Shown here piece by piece: positions 14,901 through 28,800 of a stretch of DNA of 64,000 bases. Position numbers and translations under genes: made by a program. The notes beneath the pieces were generated by a model. It saw only the letters and a program-made list of their open reading frames with translations. It had not been told where the DNA came from and searched no databases. Source of the stretch: Vicugna vicugna (lineage: Eukaryota); assembly GCA_013265495.1 (NCBI GenBank), contig MU058796.1:434001-498000 (forward strand), read 5' to 3'. Position 1 is the stretch's first letter. Each line of letters begins with the position of its first letter.

Positions 14901-17900
14901 AGCTAGGAATCAAAGCCCTGGGTCCTTATGGAACCATGCAAGCCATTCATTCCTTTCATTAGCCTGCTTAAGAGCAGGGGAGGAGGAATGAGCCCATTTT
15001 TGTGACAATACTTTGAGGTATTGCCTTATACCTAAAGAAAATCAGCTGCTCAAAAATTATTTCAAGTTAATAGTTAATATGTATGCTTTTAATGTGATTT
15101 GTGAAAAAATATAATTTTGCTTCCTTTATAGATGTCTCTAAAAAGATTCTTGAGTACATACCTGCATGTGTTTAAGTGGTAGTCATGTTTTTTCCAAGGG
15201 CTGATTAAAAAGAAAACTTTCATTTTGTGGATTTGAGGCTCTATGGTGTGGGGTTTTGGTTTATTTGTGTTTTATATGAGGTTTCTAGAAGTTAATCAAG
15301 GCTATAAAAGTCAGCTATTATAATTTGGTTAGGGAGAAATCTTTATTTAGTGAAAGAATAACTTTTGTCATGGTTAGACCTGTTGAGATAGTCTCTTTGT
15401 TCCAGGCCATTTTAGTAACATTCTTAAACAGCTCTTTAACCAACTAATTTGATATTGTTACGTTTCCTTAGCTACCAGCCTGCTCTTTGAAAGCTTTAAA
15501 AAAAATTCATTTCAATTTATCTTTATTGTGACTTTCTCTTTTATTATTATGAACTTAGATATTGTTGGTATATAGGAAATTTCCCAGCTACATCTTGTTC
15601 ATTATAAGAAGAATGAAGTCATTTCCTCAATAGCTTTTTCGTTCTTAAGAGCCAGCAGTAACTTTTAGGTTTATAACTTATCCTTTATATCTAGTTAATT
15701 ATGGGTGACAAGGCTGAACAGCAATCAAAAGCACCTATCAGCACCTATCATTAGTGATTAACTCAGAGTAGCTCTCAATGTATTTTTCAATAAACAATTA
15801 TTGATAATGAAGATCACAATAAAATGCACTAGGACCTAACCAGCTTCAGTTTCCTCTTGTGGAGGAAACCATAGGAACTATAAAGGTAAAAGAGTTAGCA
15901 CTCATTTTTCTGTGGTAATCCATAAGTATTCTTGCTTCCATTTAATAGAGAAAATTTGTATGATGCAGTTCTCTCAGTGCTTGCTAGAGCTTCATACATG
16001 GAAAGCTCTTAGTAAATAATTGTTATCATTATTGACGTGGATTAAATTTGGTTCACTTTGGTTCACAAATTTAAGTGGCCTGTCTTTTGACATCCATTTT
16101 CAACTCTTTAGATTTGTTTTATTTTTTTCTGTCATTTTTGCTCGGGAGATTCTCTTTTCCTCCATTCTCAATTCTGCTCAGAACTTTCGATAATGTTTTT
16201 ATTATTGGGTTTTGTATTATTCCTGCTATCTTCCTTAGCTGATATGTCAGTGACTGACCTGACTGGCTTTATCAAAATTGATGTTCTGATACTGAAAACA
16301 AAAAGTGTTGATGTATACCCCATTCACCTGAAAATACCAGTATTTTCTGCTTCCAATTTTACTATGTGACTAAAAAGAATAAATTGTTTTCCTCACTTTA
16401 CTCTTATGATCTGATGCCTGACTGAATTACCGTATGAAAACCATCCAAGTAGGTTTTAATTTTTTTGGTAGGTTTTCTCCCCGATCTACAATCACAGCTG
16501 TAAAATCCCTGCCCCCAAATCGTCCCAAAGATTAGGATCCTCCCATGTATTCACAGTTTTAAAAGGAAGTCAGTGGAGGATACTTGTCAGAACTGTATCC
16601 TGGTAGGAAGGCTGGCTTCTGAACCTTTTTCTGCTGGTGGATCTGTTACGAAGAAAATATAGATTCGCATAAGGTAATCAACATGAAATAAAGGGAAGTT
16701 AACTAAATGTGATTGTTGACACTGTAGTGTGAATTTTATTTTATTTAGTGGTTAAGGAATTCTTAATATAATAGAACTATTTTAAAAGATTTTAATGGCC
16801 GTAAGATAAAATATGTAAAGAAAAATTTTGATGAAATATTTTAACAAATCTGTGGTGTAACCATCTAATCATCAAGCAACCAGTGAACAGTAACTAATAC
16901 CTCATATAAACTTTTAGCAAAGGTGGCTCAAATTTTATCATCAGGGATATTTTCTGGCAGGCAAGGAGCCATTCTTCTGCAATTTCTTTCTTCAGTGGAT
17001 AATTAGATTTCACAGGTGGATTATCTTTGCCTTTTAATTGTGAAATGATAGTTTTTTCGGAGGGGGGGCTACTGGTGATGGTTATCTGTCTTCCAAATGT
17101 TTTCTAGGGACTAATACTAAAATCTGATTAAAATCTCATTGTGTTCTTGCATTCATAGAAGAAAATACTATAAATTGCATTATATGAAACTGAATAATAA
17201 GTATGGCTTGATTTAAAGTATTAATAAAATCTAAATTCGTACATTGTTGCTATAGGGTTTCAAGATTTTAATTTAGTGAAATGCCAGAACAATTTCTTGT
17301 ATTTAGTTTGATGAGTGTTATGTGAGAAGCCTGTCTTCCCAAATTAGGACGGCCATATATATTGTACTATTTACAGAGTCTAATTATTAAAACCTGTTAA
17401 ATTTCACATTTAAAATTCAAATATCTTTCTGTAAATGAGCTGCTTAGATTTATTGTCAACATTGTTTGACTTGTATATTGAAGTCTATTAAATTGCAAAT
17501 GCTGGTCTGAGAAAGGGTGGAAAGTTAGGATTGAGAAGTAACCATGGTTTTTCAACAGCCTCAGTAAATCAGAAATACTAAAAAGAAATAAATCTGCAAT
17601 GTTGCATGTATTGTAAGCAATATCAGATACCTTAATTGCAAACTAAGGCTGAAGTTTAATTCCCAGTGTGAAATTTGCTGGTTTTTCATCTAGACGTGAC
17701 ATAAGCCCAAAATTGGCATTGCTGTTGTCAGTCCCATAATTTTGGAAGAGAAAAGAGGTGTAGGTTTTAATTTTTTCATTTTTTGTTTCAAATGGTGATA
17801 AAAGTGTACTGTACCTTTATGCTGTCCTTGATTTTTTTTAAAAAAATCACTTTTAGGAGGAATTTAACTGTTGGAAACTGTTTTCTCAAATTCAAAATAT

Positions 17901-18121
17901 TGCTGGGAAAATGTGTAGATACAGACGCTTATAGACAAAAAATTTTGCAAGGAAAAAATTATCTTGCATTTTCAGTACTTTATTTAAAAGCAAATTTATC
18001 AGATATATTTAATATAGTTTCATACAATTTCACATTTTATAATACTTTAAAAGTTTTAAATTCTTTTCAGTATTTTAAACTATAAATTGTTTTTATAGAT
18101 AAACTATTGAATTTTCCAATA

Positions 18122-18611
18122 CAGACGGCCCCCGTTTTACGGTGGTTTGATTTAGGATTTTTTGACTTTATAGTGATGTGAAAGCAATGTGCATGTAGAA
18201 ACTTTACTTAAAATTTTGAATTTTGATTTTCCCTGGGTCTAGCGATACGCGGGGTGTGTGCAGGATGGTCCTCTCATGTGCTGTGCAGCGGCAGTGAGCC
18301 CCGCTCTCAGTCAGCCCCACTGTCGCGGGGGTCAGCAACCGGTGCGCTGACAACTCCGTAACCTGGTTTTCCCCTCCAGTGCAGTATTCGATAAATTATG
18401 TGAGATGCTCAAGACTTTATTATGAAATAGGCTTTGTGTTAGATGATTTTGCTCAACGGTGGGTTCATGGAAGTGTTCTGAGCACGTTTAAGGTAGGCTA
18501 GGCCATGATGTTGGGTGGGTTAGGTGTGTTAAATGCATTTCTGACTTAGATGTTTTCAACTTACTTAGGTTTATAGGGACATAACCCCACCATGAGTTGA
18601 GGAAAGATCTG
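18122..18611 (-). mobile_element. MER47/Tigger5-type non-autonomous TcMar-Tigger DNA transposon, near full length
   Basis: Flanked by TA at 18120-21 and 18612-13, with imperfect TIRs CAGACGG.../...GATCTG. Internal aagtgttctgagcacgtttaaggtaggctagg...ttaggtgtgttaaatgcattt matches the recalled MER47 consensus. Confidence 0.85.
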
Positions 18612-18618
18612 TATTTTA

Positions 18619-18772
18619 TTTATTTATTTATTTATTTATTTATTTTCATTTTGGTGGTGGTAGGAGTAATTAGGTTTATTTATTTATTTTTGGAGAAGGT
18701 ACTGAGGATTGAACCTCGGACCTCCTGCATGCTAAGCATGCAGCTCTACCACTTGGACTATACCCTCCCCCC
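18619..18772 (-). mobile_element. tRNA-Ala-derived SINE (camelid Vic-1-like), long-tail form
   Basis: Minus strand reads ggggagggtatagtccaagtggtagagctgcatgcttagcatgcaggaggtccgaggttcaatcctcagtacct, then a tail with aaacctaattac and (TAAA)n. TSD ATCTGTATTTTA at 18607-18618 and 18773-18784. Confidence 0.9.
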
Positions 18773-21700
18773 ATCTGTATTTTAAAGGAAGATTTCACCA
18801 AGGGGTTATTTTACTGGAGTTTGGTTGGACCTGAGCTGCAGGTTTAGCTTCCCCGCTAATTGAGGACCTTTCTGTCTCCTCACTCCTAAAGTGAGGAGGC
18901 TCAGTGGTTTTTGAAACTTCCTTGAGGGAGTTCATTCGACTTCTTTAAATGATAACAAGGATGCCAAACAATGATAAATTTATGAAAAATAGCCGTTTTT
19001 ATATTTTGTGTCTTAAATTGGCATTCCTCAATATTTAATTAAACATTTAATTAGAATAGTCTTGACTAGAAACTAATGTGAGAATCCCTATTTTAGGAGA
19101 TCTCTAAGTTTGTTTCCAGTTTTAAAAAATTATGTTTCAGTTTTTATACTTCAGTTTCTGAATTCCATTCACTGTCTTTATCCTTCCCATGATTCACGTA
19201 CATTTTTTCCCATAGTTCAGTTTATTCATTCACCCCTTCCTCCCTCTCTCCTCTCTATTTACCAGATTTCCTTCCTTTTTCATTGAGAAAATTTATCACA
19301 CTATTTCCCAGACATTAGGCAAGGGTCCCCAGAATTGAGGTTGTAGATGTGAAAGCCATGGGTTCTGTTTTCATTTAGCTCACAATAATTTTGAAAATGA
19401 TACTTCAGATACTTTGTGATAGTTGTAGCCATTTTGTATTTTGGACACAAATGACTGTGTCCCCGTGTGTGCCATGGAGGTTTAGATTTCGATAGTCAAG
19501 TGATGGACCTGAACTGAAAAGGAATAGTAGTTGGCAGAGGGGATTTGGATAGAAGGAACAGCATAAATATGCCAAGAAAGGCGCAGAGGTGAGGGTTAGA
19601 ATCCTATGGCCCCAGAATCGAATTACCTTAATATTTGAAGAACAGGAAGTAAATAAAGGGTGGTCATTCTCAAGTTTAGATGTTAGACAAAAATAAATCC
19701 ATTAAAAATTACAATAATGCTCCAGAAAATCGGTTAATTTATTGTATATACACTGTATTAACCACCAGGATATGCCACTTCTTATCAGAATTAAGATTAA
19801 AGGGTTGAGCAAAATAGTGGTCCATGAGGGACACTCACTTCCTTAATTATATTAAGAAAATTCATAAAGTTATTTGTGCCCTTGTGTCATCTCCTTATCT
19901 CCCACATCATGGTACTGCTTGTGGTACCAACCTCAATGCTTTAAACAAAGTATGTATCCTGGACATTTTTTTGGTTTGGTTTGAAGAGACTTATATTGAA
20001 GAAATAAATATTGAAAATTTTGACAGAAAAGGTTTTTGAAAGGTTTTAAAGCTTAATTGAGGAGAAGTCATGAGATAACCCCAGTTCTGTACAAACGGTA
20101 CAGATAATGACTATAGCTGCACTTGGAGGTGATCCAGTTGGCTTTATGGCATTGGTGGTTTTTAAACCTGTTAAGTCTGTATAGAATTTCTTCAGGTGGA
20201 AAAGAGGGAAATGCTTTGTATATGAGTAAAAGAATCTTGAGTAGAAGTCAATTTGAAAGTCATATTCAGAAATACTTAGCAAAGAAGTTTGACGGAAATA
20301 GAGCGTTGAATTAAATATTTTTGAAGTTAGAGCTGTTTGGGCTCTATTCCCGTTTTTTGCTTTTTTGCCAGTTTAAAAAAAAAACTTTCCCCTTTTACCA
20401 TTGCCCCTCCAGCCCTCAGTTGTAATTTCCCTATTGTTGAAATAGAACGACTAGATTTGTTGTGATAATTAAATTACAATCAGATAATAATATATATACT
20501 TAAGAGAAAATTTAAAAATCGGCAGTTCTGAGATCTGCCTTTGACAAGTCACAACCCCACGTCTTTTCTTTGTCTTATACATAAAGTGATTTTTAGGATT
20601 GGTTCCAGTTTTACACATTTTTATGGTTTAGAGTGAAATTAGGAAGATTAGTCTAATGGCAGTTGGCAAGCTGGATGGAGGGCAAGGAATCAGCGATGAG
20701 ATTTTTGCAGACGTTGAGAGAGAAAGAGGTTAGAGCAGAGGGGGTGAAAGGAAGAGAAAAGATTAAGACATTTCAGAGAAATAATCAATAAAACAGTGAG
20801 TGAACGAGGGCCACCTAAAGTGAAGTACCTTTTATATTTACAGGGCTGTATTTTATTCAGACTTACTTGATTAATGCTCCAGAGGATTTTTGGTTTTAAA
20901 AACATTAGAGATTGAGTTCATTTCATTTGTGTGTGTATTTGTCTGTGCACTCACGCTCCTACACATTTAGGAAGCTTGGTTCAAAGAAAATCTGTTACTT
21001 CACAGTGGATGTGATTTTTAAATTTTACCATTTCACACTAATGTATTTCTTTGTTACTACTGCAAAGTGTATGTATACAGTTCATGTAAATCAGTATTTT
21101 GGTCTGCAAGATTTTTTTGGAGACTAGTAGTGAAATAGAGGCATCTTTAATACATACGACTATATAAAACATTATTAATGTTAACAGATGTTGCACTTTA
21201 ATCCCCTAGAATGATTGTTTGGTACCAGCAGGAGATTTACTAAGCCTGAATCGTGTGAAATTGTGTGTGCATAAGCTGCTACTTAGATTGTAAAAATGCT
21301 ATTGAAAACTGTTAAAAAGTTTTAGCTATAATTGACAGACAAGTATTAACTGTGCTAAAAGAAGTATGTGTATATGGTTGGCCCATGCGTCTTAACCTTG
21401 TTATCATTTATCTTCTTGTATTAATGTCACTAAATTATTAATTCATGAGCCAGGGTAGGAAGTGTGAAGGCACCATTTAAATGTGTGGCAAATTTATCCT
21501 TATCGCTAGAGACATGAAAAAAGTCATTTTGTGTTATCTGGAAAATGGAAAGGACATTTTAAAATTTCATTTACGGTAATCCACTTCACTTCCAGTAAAA
21601 CACCTAGATTATTACTACCATAATATAATGTTCTTATTAAAAATTTGTAACCTTCTCCACTCTTTTGTCTTATATATAATATGGATAGAAAAGTTTAGCC

Positions 21701-22540
21701 TTCATGTATTTTAATGTGATACTTATTAATTGTAGCTTAGGAATGGTGTGGGATAGCGTGACTCTTCTAACAAACATTAGATTGCAGAAAATGAAAATAT
21801 TTACTATAATAGTAACAGTCAAAGTATTTTGATTGGGGGGAACCTAAATATAGGGAATTGGAAGGCTTTAAAAATAATTTTGTTCTAAAAGAAATGTGTG
21901 CGTTTATTGTGACTTCATAATTTCTTGGAATAAGATTAGTGATTTTGGCCTTGTAGAGTTAGCGTTATAGCAGAAATTCAACATGTTAGAATTTAGCAGT
22001 TTCCTGCTGAATACAATGTGGAACTGGGGTATATCCACTATTTCATATGGGTGAGTAGCAGTGGTGACAGAAATTTCAGGAGTTTGAAGCCACTTTTACC
22101 AAGAGCTATTTGAAACCATCGTATGAATGGTAGAATACCTCAGGGGTCTTGTCCAAACCTCATTACTTTTCAGTCTCCCATTACTTACTGTTTTGATTGG
22201 TTTTACATTTTCTCCTGCCAAACAAAGTAGTAAGATAGGTTACTGTGGTAATGCCTTTTATTTTCTTTTCTGGAGTGTCTCCCCAAACACTGTAAGCTGT
22301 ACTTACGGCTCTGTTACACACACACACTGAAAACAGTATTTTTTTTTTGGTCAATATAATGCTGCTTTATTTTATTTTTCTCATTCCAGCATGGTTAATT
22401 TAGCTTTATATTAACATTTAAATTAATTTCTTAAGTAAGACTACAGTTGGTTTGCATATTTTGGTAGACATGGATAGTTATTGGTCGGTTCATTACTGGA
22501 CTGCTTTCTATTATCTCCATCTTGCCCGGTTTATCTGTAG

Positions 22541-22746
22541 CAGGGGTTGGCAGACTGGCTGGCTGGCTATTTTCGTAGTAAAGTTGATTGGCACGAAGCC
22601 ATTCTCATTCGTTATGCGTTGTCTACAGCAGGTTTTGTGCTAGAGGCAGAATTGTGTCGTTGTGACGGAGACTGACTGTGTGGTCCTGAAAGCCTCCTTA
22701 CCTACTTACTTACCTGGTCCTCTATAGAAAAAGTTCCTGATCTCTG
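22541..22746 (+). mobile_element. MER58A-like hAT-Charlie MITE
   Basis: Begins CAGGGGTTGGCAGACT and ends ...gaaaaagttcctgatctCTG. The 8-bp flanks atctgtag / ctctgttg look like a decayed hAT TSD. Confidence 0.75.
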
Positions 22747-23959
22747 CTCTGTTGTATCAGCCGACGTAATTTCCTTGCTTCCAGTCTTTCTAAATATGAT
22801 ACAATAATATTGATAATTTTTAGCTTAAGAGATTTGAAGAATTACTGGTTGTTATCTTTGGTAGTTATTAAACACAGTTTTTTTGCTTTTCTTTATATGT
22901 AGCAAGAGATATATTTTCCTCAAAGTTTCTGATTTGGAAATTTTTAAAAAAATTGTTGAAATACTGCAAAAATGCATGTCTTTTACCAAATAAGACAGTC
23001 TTAGCAAGTAATTCAAGCTTCTAGTCAGTTTTTCTCACCTTTTTATAACCTACATTTCTTTTTATTAAACATCACTTTTATTACCACTTTAACATTACTT
23101 AAACTTTTAATAGAGGTTATAAAATTATATTTTAAAGTTGAAAATCCCTCTTCTAAAAACCACGTACCTCCCTTACTCCATGATTATGTAGTTAAGAAGT
23201 ATTAAAACATAAAACTTGTTACATTTTAATTTTTTAATGAACCAAAATTTTTGTTTTTGTTTGTAATTTTTAAAGTATTTAACAGTTATTCAAAATGTCT
23301 CAGTCCATTACTGTTTGTTAATAATTGTGTATACAAGTATTTTTTTGCCTTCCTAAGTCTTCTAATCCTCTCGAGGAATCAGCCACACTGACCACATAGG
23401 ATTTCAGCCCAACACTGGAAGAGTCTGTTCTGTTCATTCACTTAGACTACAACTTTATTTCCAATGTTGTTAATTAAGTTAATTTTCAGAAGTAATTGGT
23501 ATATTCTTTTTCTCTACCACACAATAAAATACTGTTATTTTGAGTTTTGCTTGTTGACCCAGAATAATATGGTAGGAAATGTAGGGTTTGATGGAGACTA
23601 ACCTTGGCTAAGGCACAGGAACTTGCTTTTCCTGGAAGAAGTCCCTGATGTCATCTTGCTTTTTGATTATGTGTAGTTTTCCCACAAAGAAATATGTGAG
23701 CTGAATTAGTCTTGGGTTATTATATCATGACTGCCAATGTAACAGTCGGTAAGTAGGTTTTTAAAAATGTTTTTTGAAATAGCAACTCTTTTAGATGTAA
23801 TTTTTAAATTCTGAATTATTAGAATGATTGCTGAGAAGTATTTTGATAGAAGAGACAAGCCCTTAGTGAAACCATATCGCAGTACATAGCCCCTAAAGCC
23901 TTCCTTAACATTACTTAAGATGGAATCAGGAGCGTAAACGTGTAATTGGACTAATTGAG

Positions 23960-24120
23960 AAAATAATGGGATAGTAAATTTATTGTGTATTCCTACCCTC
24001 GTGGGTAGTTGCTAAACTTGAGGCCTAGATGATTGTGATTTGTCCCAACTCTCATAGTAGGAGGTTAAACCAGGGTTCTGGACTGTGTTCCTCATGTCGC
24101 TCTTGGGCTCTTTTCATTAA
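23960..24120 (-). mobile_element. MIR SINE fragment
   Basis: aaacttgaggcctagatgattgtgatttgtcccaactctcatagtagg resembles the MIR core in antisense. Confidence 0.5.
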
Positions 24121-25597
24121 GATGGTACTGACTGACCTGGGTGCACATCCCAGGGGAAACTGCTTTCATTTCTCTTCTCTCTCATTATTTTGGTATATAA
24201 TAGATTTACTGTTAAGTTTTGGGGAGTTAGTAGTTCTTAATGCATATCTGGGGTCTTAGTCATTTTCTTGTGTATTTAGTTCTCCTTAGAAGGTTATTAC
24301 CTTTTTGAAGGTGGCAGTCATATCTTCATCTGTTTTATAATCCCTTTAGAACCAAACACAGGACCAGCATATAAGGTAAAGATAATAAATGAATAGGTAA
24401 CACTCATTTCAGTAGTCAATGTCAAAATTACCTAGAATGTAATCGCTAGATTGTCATTGAGCTAAACTGACATACATGCAGTTTTAGTGTTAATATTATT
24501 TACTTATTTTAGAATTGCAAGTTGAATTGACACTAGATATATTGACATAGCTTGCCACTGAGTTTTACCATTCATTAATTGCAAAAGGCAATGTGCTATA
24601 TATATTTCACAAAATTTTCTTTAGCTTCTTACCATGTGTTCTTTATAGTGTATTTTTCACATTTATTTTTTAGTTCATTTGACATATTTTACTCAGATTA
24701 CCTCATTACCTGTAAGAAACCCCTGATGGTGATATTGATGATCTAATATACGACAGATCCTGGGTCATTATTATTTCATTCAGTGGTTGTATATATAGAC
24801 CAAGAGGGAATCTGAATATTGATTCAGGGAATGGCTAGTAACAATGATCTGTGAACAAAGGATCCAATATAGTGAGCCAAGCATAAGACTGAATCTCATG
24901 AGCAGCATTGGATTTTTTCTTTTCTGTTTTCCTGAACAGTGATGAGTCCATAATATCATAGATGTTAACATTAAAACGTTCTTCCCATGACTATTAAGAT
25001 TCATTCTTAATTATATTTGAGGAAATACTTACATTTATAATTTTGACTTGTAAGCAATTTCTCAGGTATTTTGGCTCATAAGATTCATCAGTCTAGAATA
25101 ATTTGTTAATTTAGAACATACATTGTGAGCACTTTAAATAGCACTATAAATGAATAAAATGAAGATAGCTCAACTGGAAATACTAAAAATTAAGTTAACA
25201 TTTAGCTATCATTACCTCAGGGATATTAGTTTTACTCATGTAAACATTTTGAAAATCAACTGATTTTTCTTTTGGTACCTTATCACCTTCATAATCCCAG
25301 AATGTCTTGGTTCTATTTCTATTTTTTATTCCAAAGGGAAAGATAATAAAACACACAAAGTGGGTAGGTTTATCTGAACTGCTTAACTAGTGGCAATAGT
25401 GGTTTTAGAACATGGGCTTATATCCCAGCCCTGCTCTTATTTACTGTCCTCAAACAGGTATTTTCATTTTAAGGCAGACTGGGTGAAGATTCCATGAAAT
25501 AATATAAGTAATCTAGGTAGTTTAGCTGTCATTTTGGAGGAACCTAAACTATGTGCCAATCAGTTGTAGCTTTTTATCAGGAAGAGTTATTTTTGAG

Positions 25598-25697
25598 CTA
25601 GAATGTAATCTCCCTGAGGGTTAGGAGTTTTGTCTCTTTTGTTCCTTAGTACACAGCATTTGATAGATGCTCAGTAAATGTTTGCTGAATGAATAAT
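25598..25697 (+). mobile_element. L2 LINE 3' end
   Basis: ctagaatgtaatctccctgaggg...gatagatgctcagtaaatgtttgctgaatgaat is a typical L2 3' terminus. Confidence 0.7.
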
Positions 25698-25729
25698 TTA
25701 GGGACTAAGAATTTCTTTGTAATTAGCCT

Positions 25730-25890
25730 TGATTGGAATTCAAGGTCTGCTACCTGCTAGCCGAGTAACTTCCAGTAGAGGAATTACTTCTCCTTTCTGA
25801 GCCTCAGACTTCTGACCTTTATAATATTGACCTTAGAAGGAAGGGTGATATGTATCTAACACAGTATCTCACACAGTAGGCACTCAGGAA
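25730..25890 (+). mobile_element. MIR SINE
   Basis: ctgctacctgctagccgagtaac...ttctgagcctcag...acagtatctcacacagtaggcactcag. Confidence 0.6.
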
Positions 25891-28800
25891 GTACTTCTGG
25901 CCATTGTACCTATAGTTTATATTCAACTCAAAAAAATTGCATGAGAATTCTAGATGATTGGAAAGTTAAGAGGAAATATAATATCTTAACTTTGGAGGGG
26001 ACTGCCATTTGAAAATTGCCTTCCCTTTCCCCCAAGTGGGGAAGAAAACTAACCTCTCTGTTGCAGATGTATTATAATTTTAACAATAAAAACTAAATAT
26101 TTTAAACAAATGAATTTATGATTTTTTTGTATATTAAAGTTGGGGAAGCCATTAACTTTCATGCTTTGTAAGGTAGTGTTTTCAACTGGGCATGTGGCTT
26201 CATTTTTTCCTTTTCTTTTGAAACTTCATTTGCAACTTTATGTTCAGTCATAAAATGTCCCCTCCATTGGTTTGACAATGACAGCCATTTGTTTTTATTA
26301 TTTCAACTGGAAGCATTTTAATGAAGAGAATGGCAGGCGGCCCTGCACTGTGCCTCCAGTGTCCACGGCTACAAGCCTGTTTTGCGTGCTCAGCATGACT
26401 CCTAGATGTTATAGCAGATAGCAGATGTGATTTACTGGGAGCAGTCCTGAACTCTTCTTTCTGCTTCTCCTCTAAGCCCTCTCATAGGAGAATTTATACC
26501 TTTACAATGAAGAAGTTTCAATAAAGGGTAAGACCAATAATGAATGTTTGGGGACTTTAGCATAAATAGTTTAATTAAAGTACTCTAGGTTTGATACCAG
26601 TGTCCACTGAAATGAAAAGGTGAAAGAGGGTGTGGCGACCAGTGGTTGTCCACGTGGTTTAAAAATCTGTGTAGTGTTCCCAGCCCCAACCCTATCCTCG
26701 CAAAGGGAAAGAAAAGAAACTCAAACGCAAAAGGAAAAGAATGTCGAACGTCCGGAGCTAAAAAAAGGCTTTCTGATTAGTGATAACGAGGGTTTACTTA
26801 GACAAATGAGTGAAAGAAAACTCCCAAGGGTGTTGATGTTTTCTCCTGTGTTAAGATGGGGGGGAAATTTCTGTAATTTATTTTTCATTTTCTAAGTGTT
26901 TGCAGTGGGGCAGAGACGGGTTAGTATCACCCTCTTGTTGTTTTGGTAAAACATAGAAAAGCAGCTTTCTTTTGCTGGGAAATTCTATGCCATAACGATT
27001 ATAACTTTATAGCACAAATTAGATCAGAAAGACTGATTTTTGTACAGCTGTCTTTAGCTCTCATTTCGAGTTGACGTGCATTTAATGCATTTAGGCTCAC
27101 CCTGAATTTCAGGCTCACCCAGAGCATTACTGTTTCATTTTACACCGCGTGACTGCACAATAACAAGGATGGGTGACTTTGCTGGGTCTCCCGCTTAGAC
27201 GGCTCTTTCCTATTTCTGTTCTCCTCGTGCTTGTTGTTCGGGCTTAACGTCTGGTGTTCACAGTTAGTCCATGAGTAGAAATGAAAGATAAAGGTTTATT
27301 TATGATTCTTTATGGTGGCTTTTCACTTAAGAGAATATCAAGCTCATTTAACCAGTTTTGGAAAAATTTTAATTATCTTGTCCTCTTTTTATTTGAAGCA
27401 TATTATATTCTACTTCTTTCATTGATGCTTTTCAACAAATGAGTTTTATTTTTTCTATTTTTGTTAAATAGATATCATATGTAAGATTTAATGTGGTTTC
27501 CTGGTAGTGTAACATAAATACACGAATATTAAAACTGATTAGTAGTGTTTTGTTAATTTTGCTGACAATTTAAGGCACAAGATTTTTAAAGCAGCTGGTA
27601 ACTCTAAGCAGGTCACTGTCCGAAAGGCTACAGCTAACTGTGCACTGTAAGTCTGTGTAAAACATTGAGGGCTGTTGGGATGTAAACAGTGCTGAGGCAT
27701 GTTCCTGGAAGTCGTTGTTCAGCTTTGGAAGGGTTAGTAGTAATGATGCATCAATTGACTTTTTACATGACAGAGTAATAGGATACTTAGATCTAAAAAA
27801 AAATCTTGACGGAGGTTTGGTAGACAAGCCGCATGTGGTTTCTAGAAACAAGGTGAGGATGAAATTGTTTGAATCTTCCTATTTGAAGGGTAAGGAAAGA
27901 AACAGGAGGAGCCTGTACATTAGAAGTGGTTTGTCTTTTTAAAAATCATAGTCATGTACAGTTTAAGCAGAACTGTCCTGTTTCTGTTTTATTAAGAAGT
28001 GAACTGCTACTTAGCAGGAACGGGTTTCATCTCTGCACTGTGCCTTTACGTCCCCAATTTTCCCCTGAAGTTCTTGGCAAGAGTTTTTCTAAAAATCTAA
28101 AGACAAACTGTTTTTTAATGTGGGGAGTCAATCTTTTCTGCTTGTTGAAAGGAAGTTTAATAGCCCTTTTCTGACTTTACTCTTTGTTTTTGTTTTGCTT
28201 TGTGAGAAGCTTTTTCTGAGCTTTATTTTGCAGGTGGTTACAGAGTTTGAAGGGCCGTCTGTTGACTGCATCTATGCCTGTGAGCGTCTCTTGGCTCCAG
28301 TCTGGTTTGGGAGCAATGTTTTCTTGGGATTAGTTTCCCCATGTTTGATTATTCATTCATTCTACCCTTAGCTGATTGTAGTTTGCTAATAAGTATTTCA
28401 ATTTTCATTAACATTTTTTAATGGAAGGTTGTTTTTAATTTGGATCACAGCAGTAAAATCTTTTGACTGTTTTAAAAATTGCATTTAAAGCTTAAACTTT
28501 TGAAAATAATGTTATTTGATGTGAAAGTGATTGGATATAGGTTATAGAACGAGAAAAATAAATTTGATACTCTTTTACTCATTGCACAGACAGATGGATG
28601 GACTTAAGCTTTATTTGGGTAGAAAAACCATGATTTTATTACATTTCCAGAATCTGTTTCTGTTTGTTAGAAACAGTCATTTAAACTAAGTCTCATAGTT
28701 GACTCAAGTGTATTTTTAAAATTGTGTTTCACGTTCTCAAACCTTTAAATTGTGTTTCACATGTAAACCTTAAGAATACACTGAAATTTTGGTATAGTTA

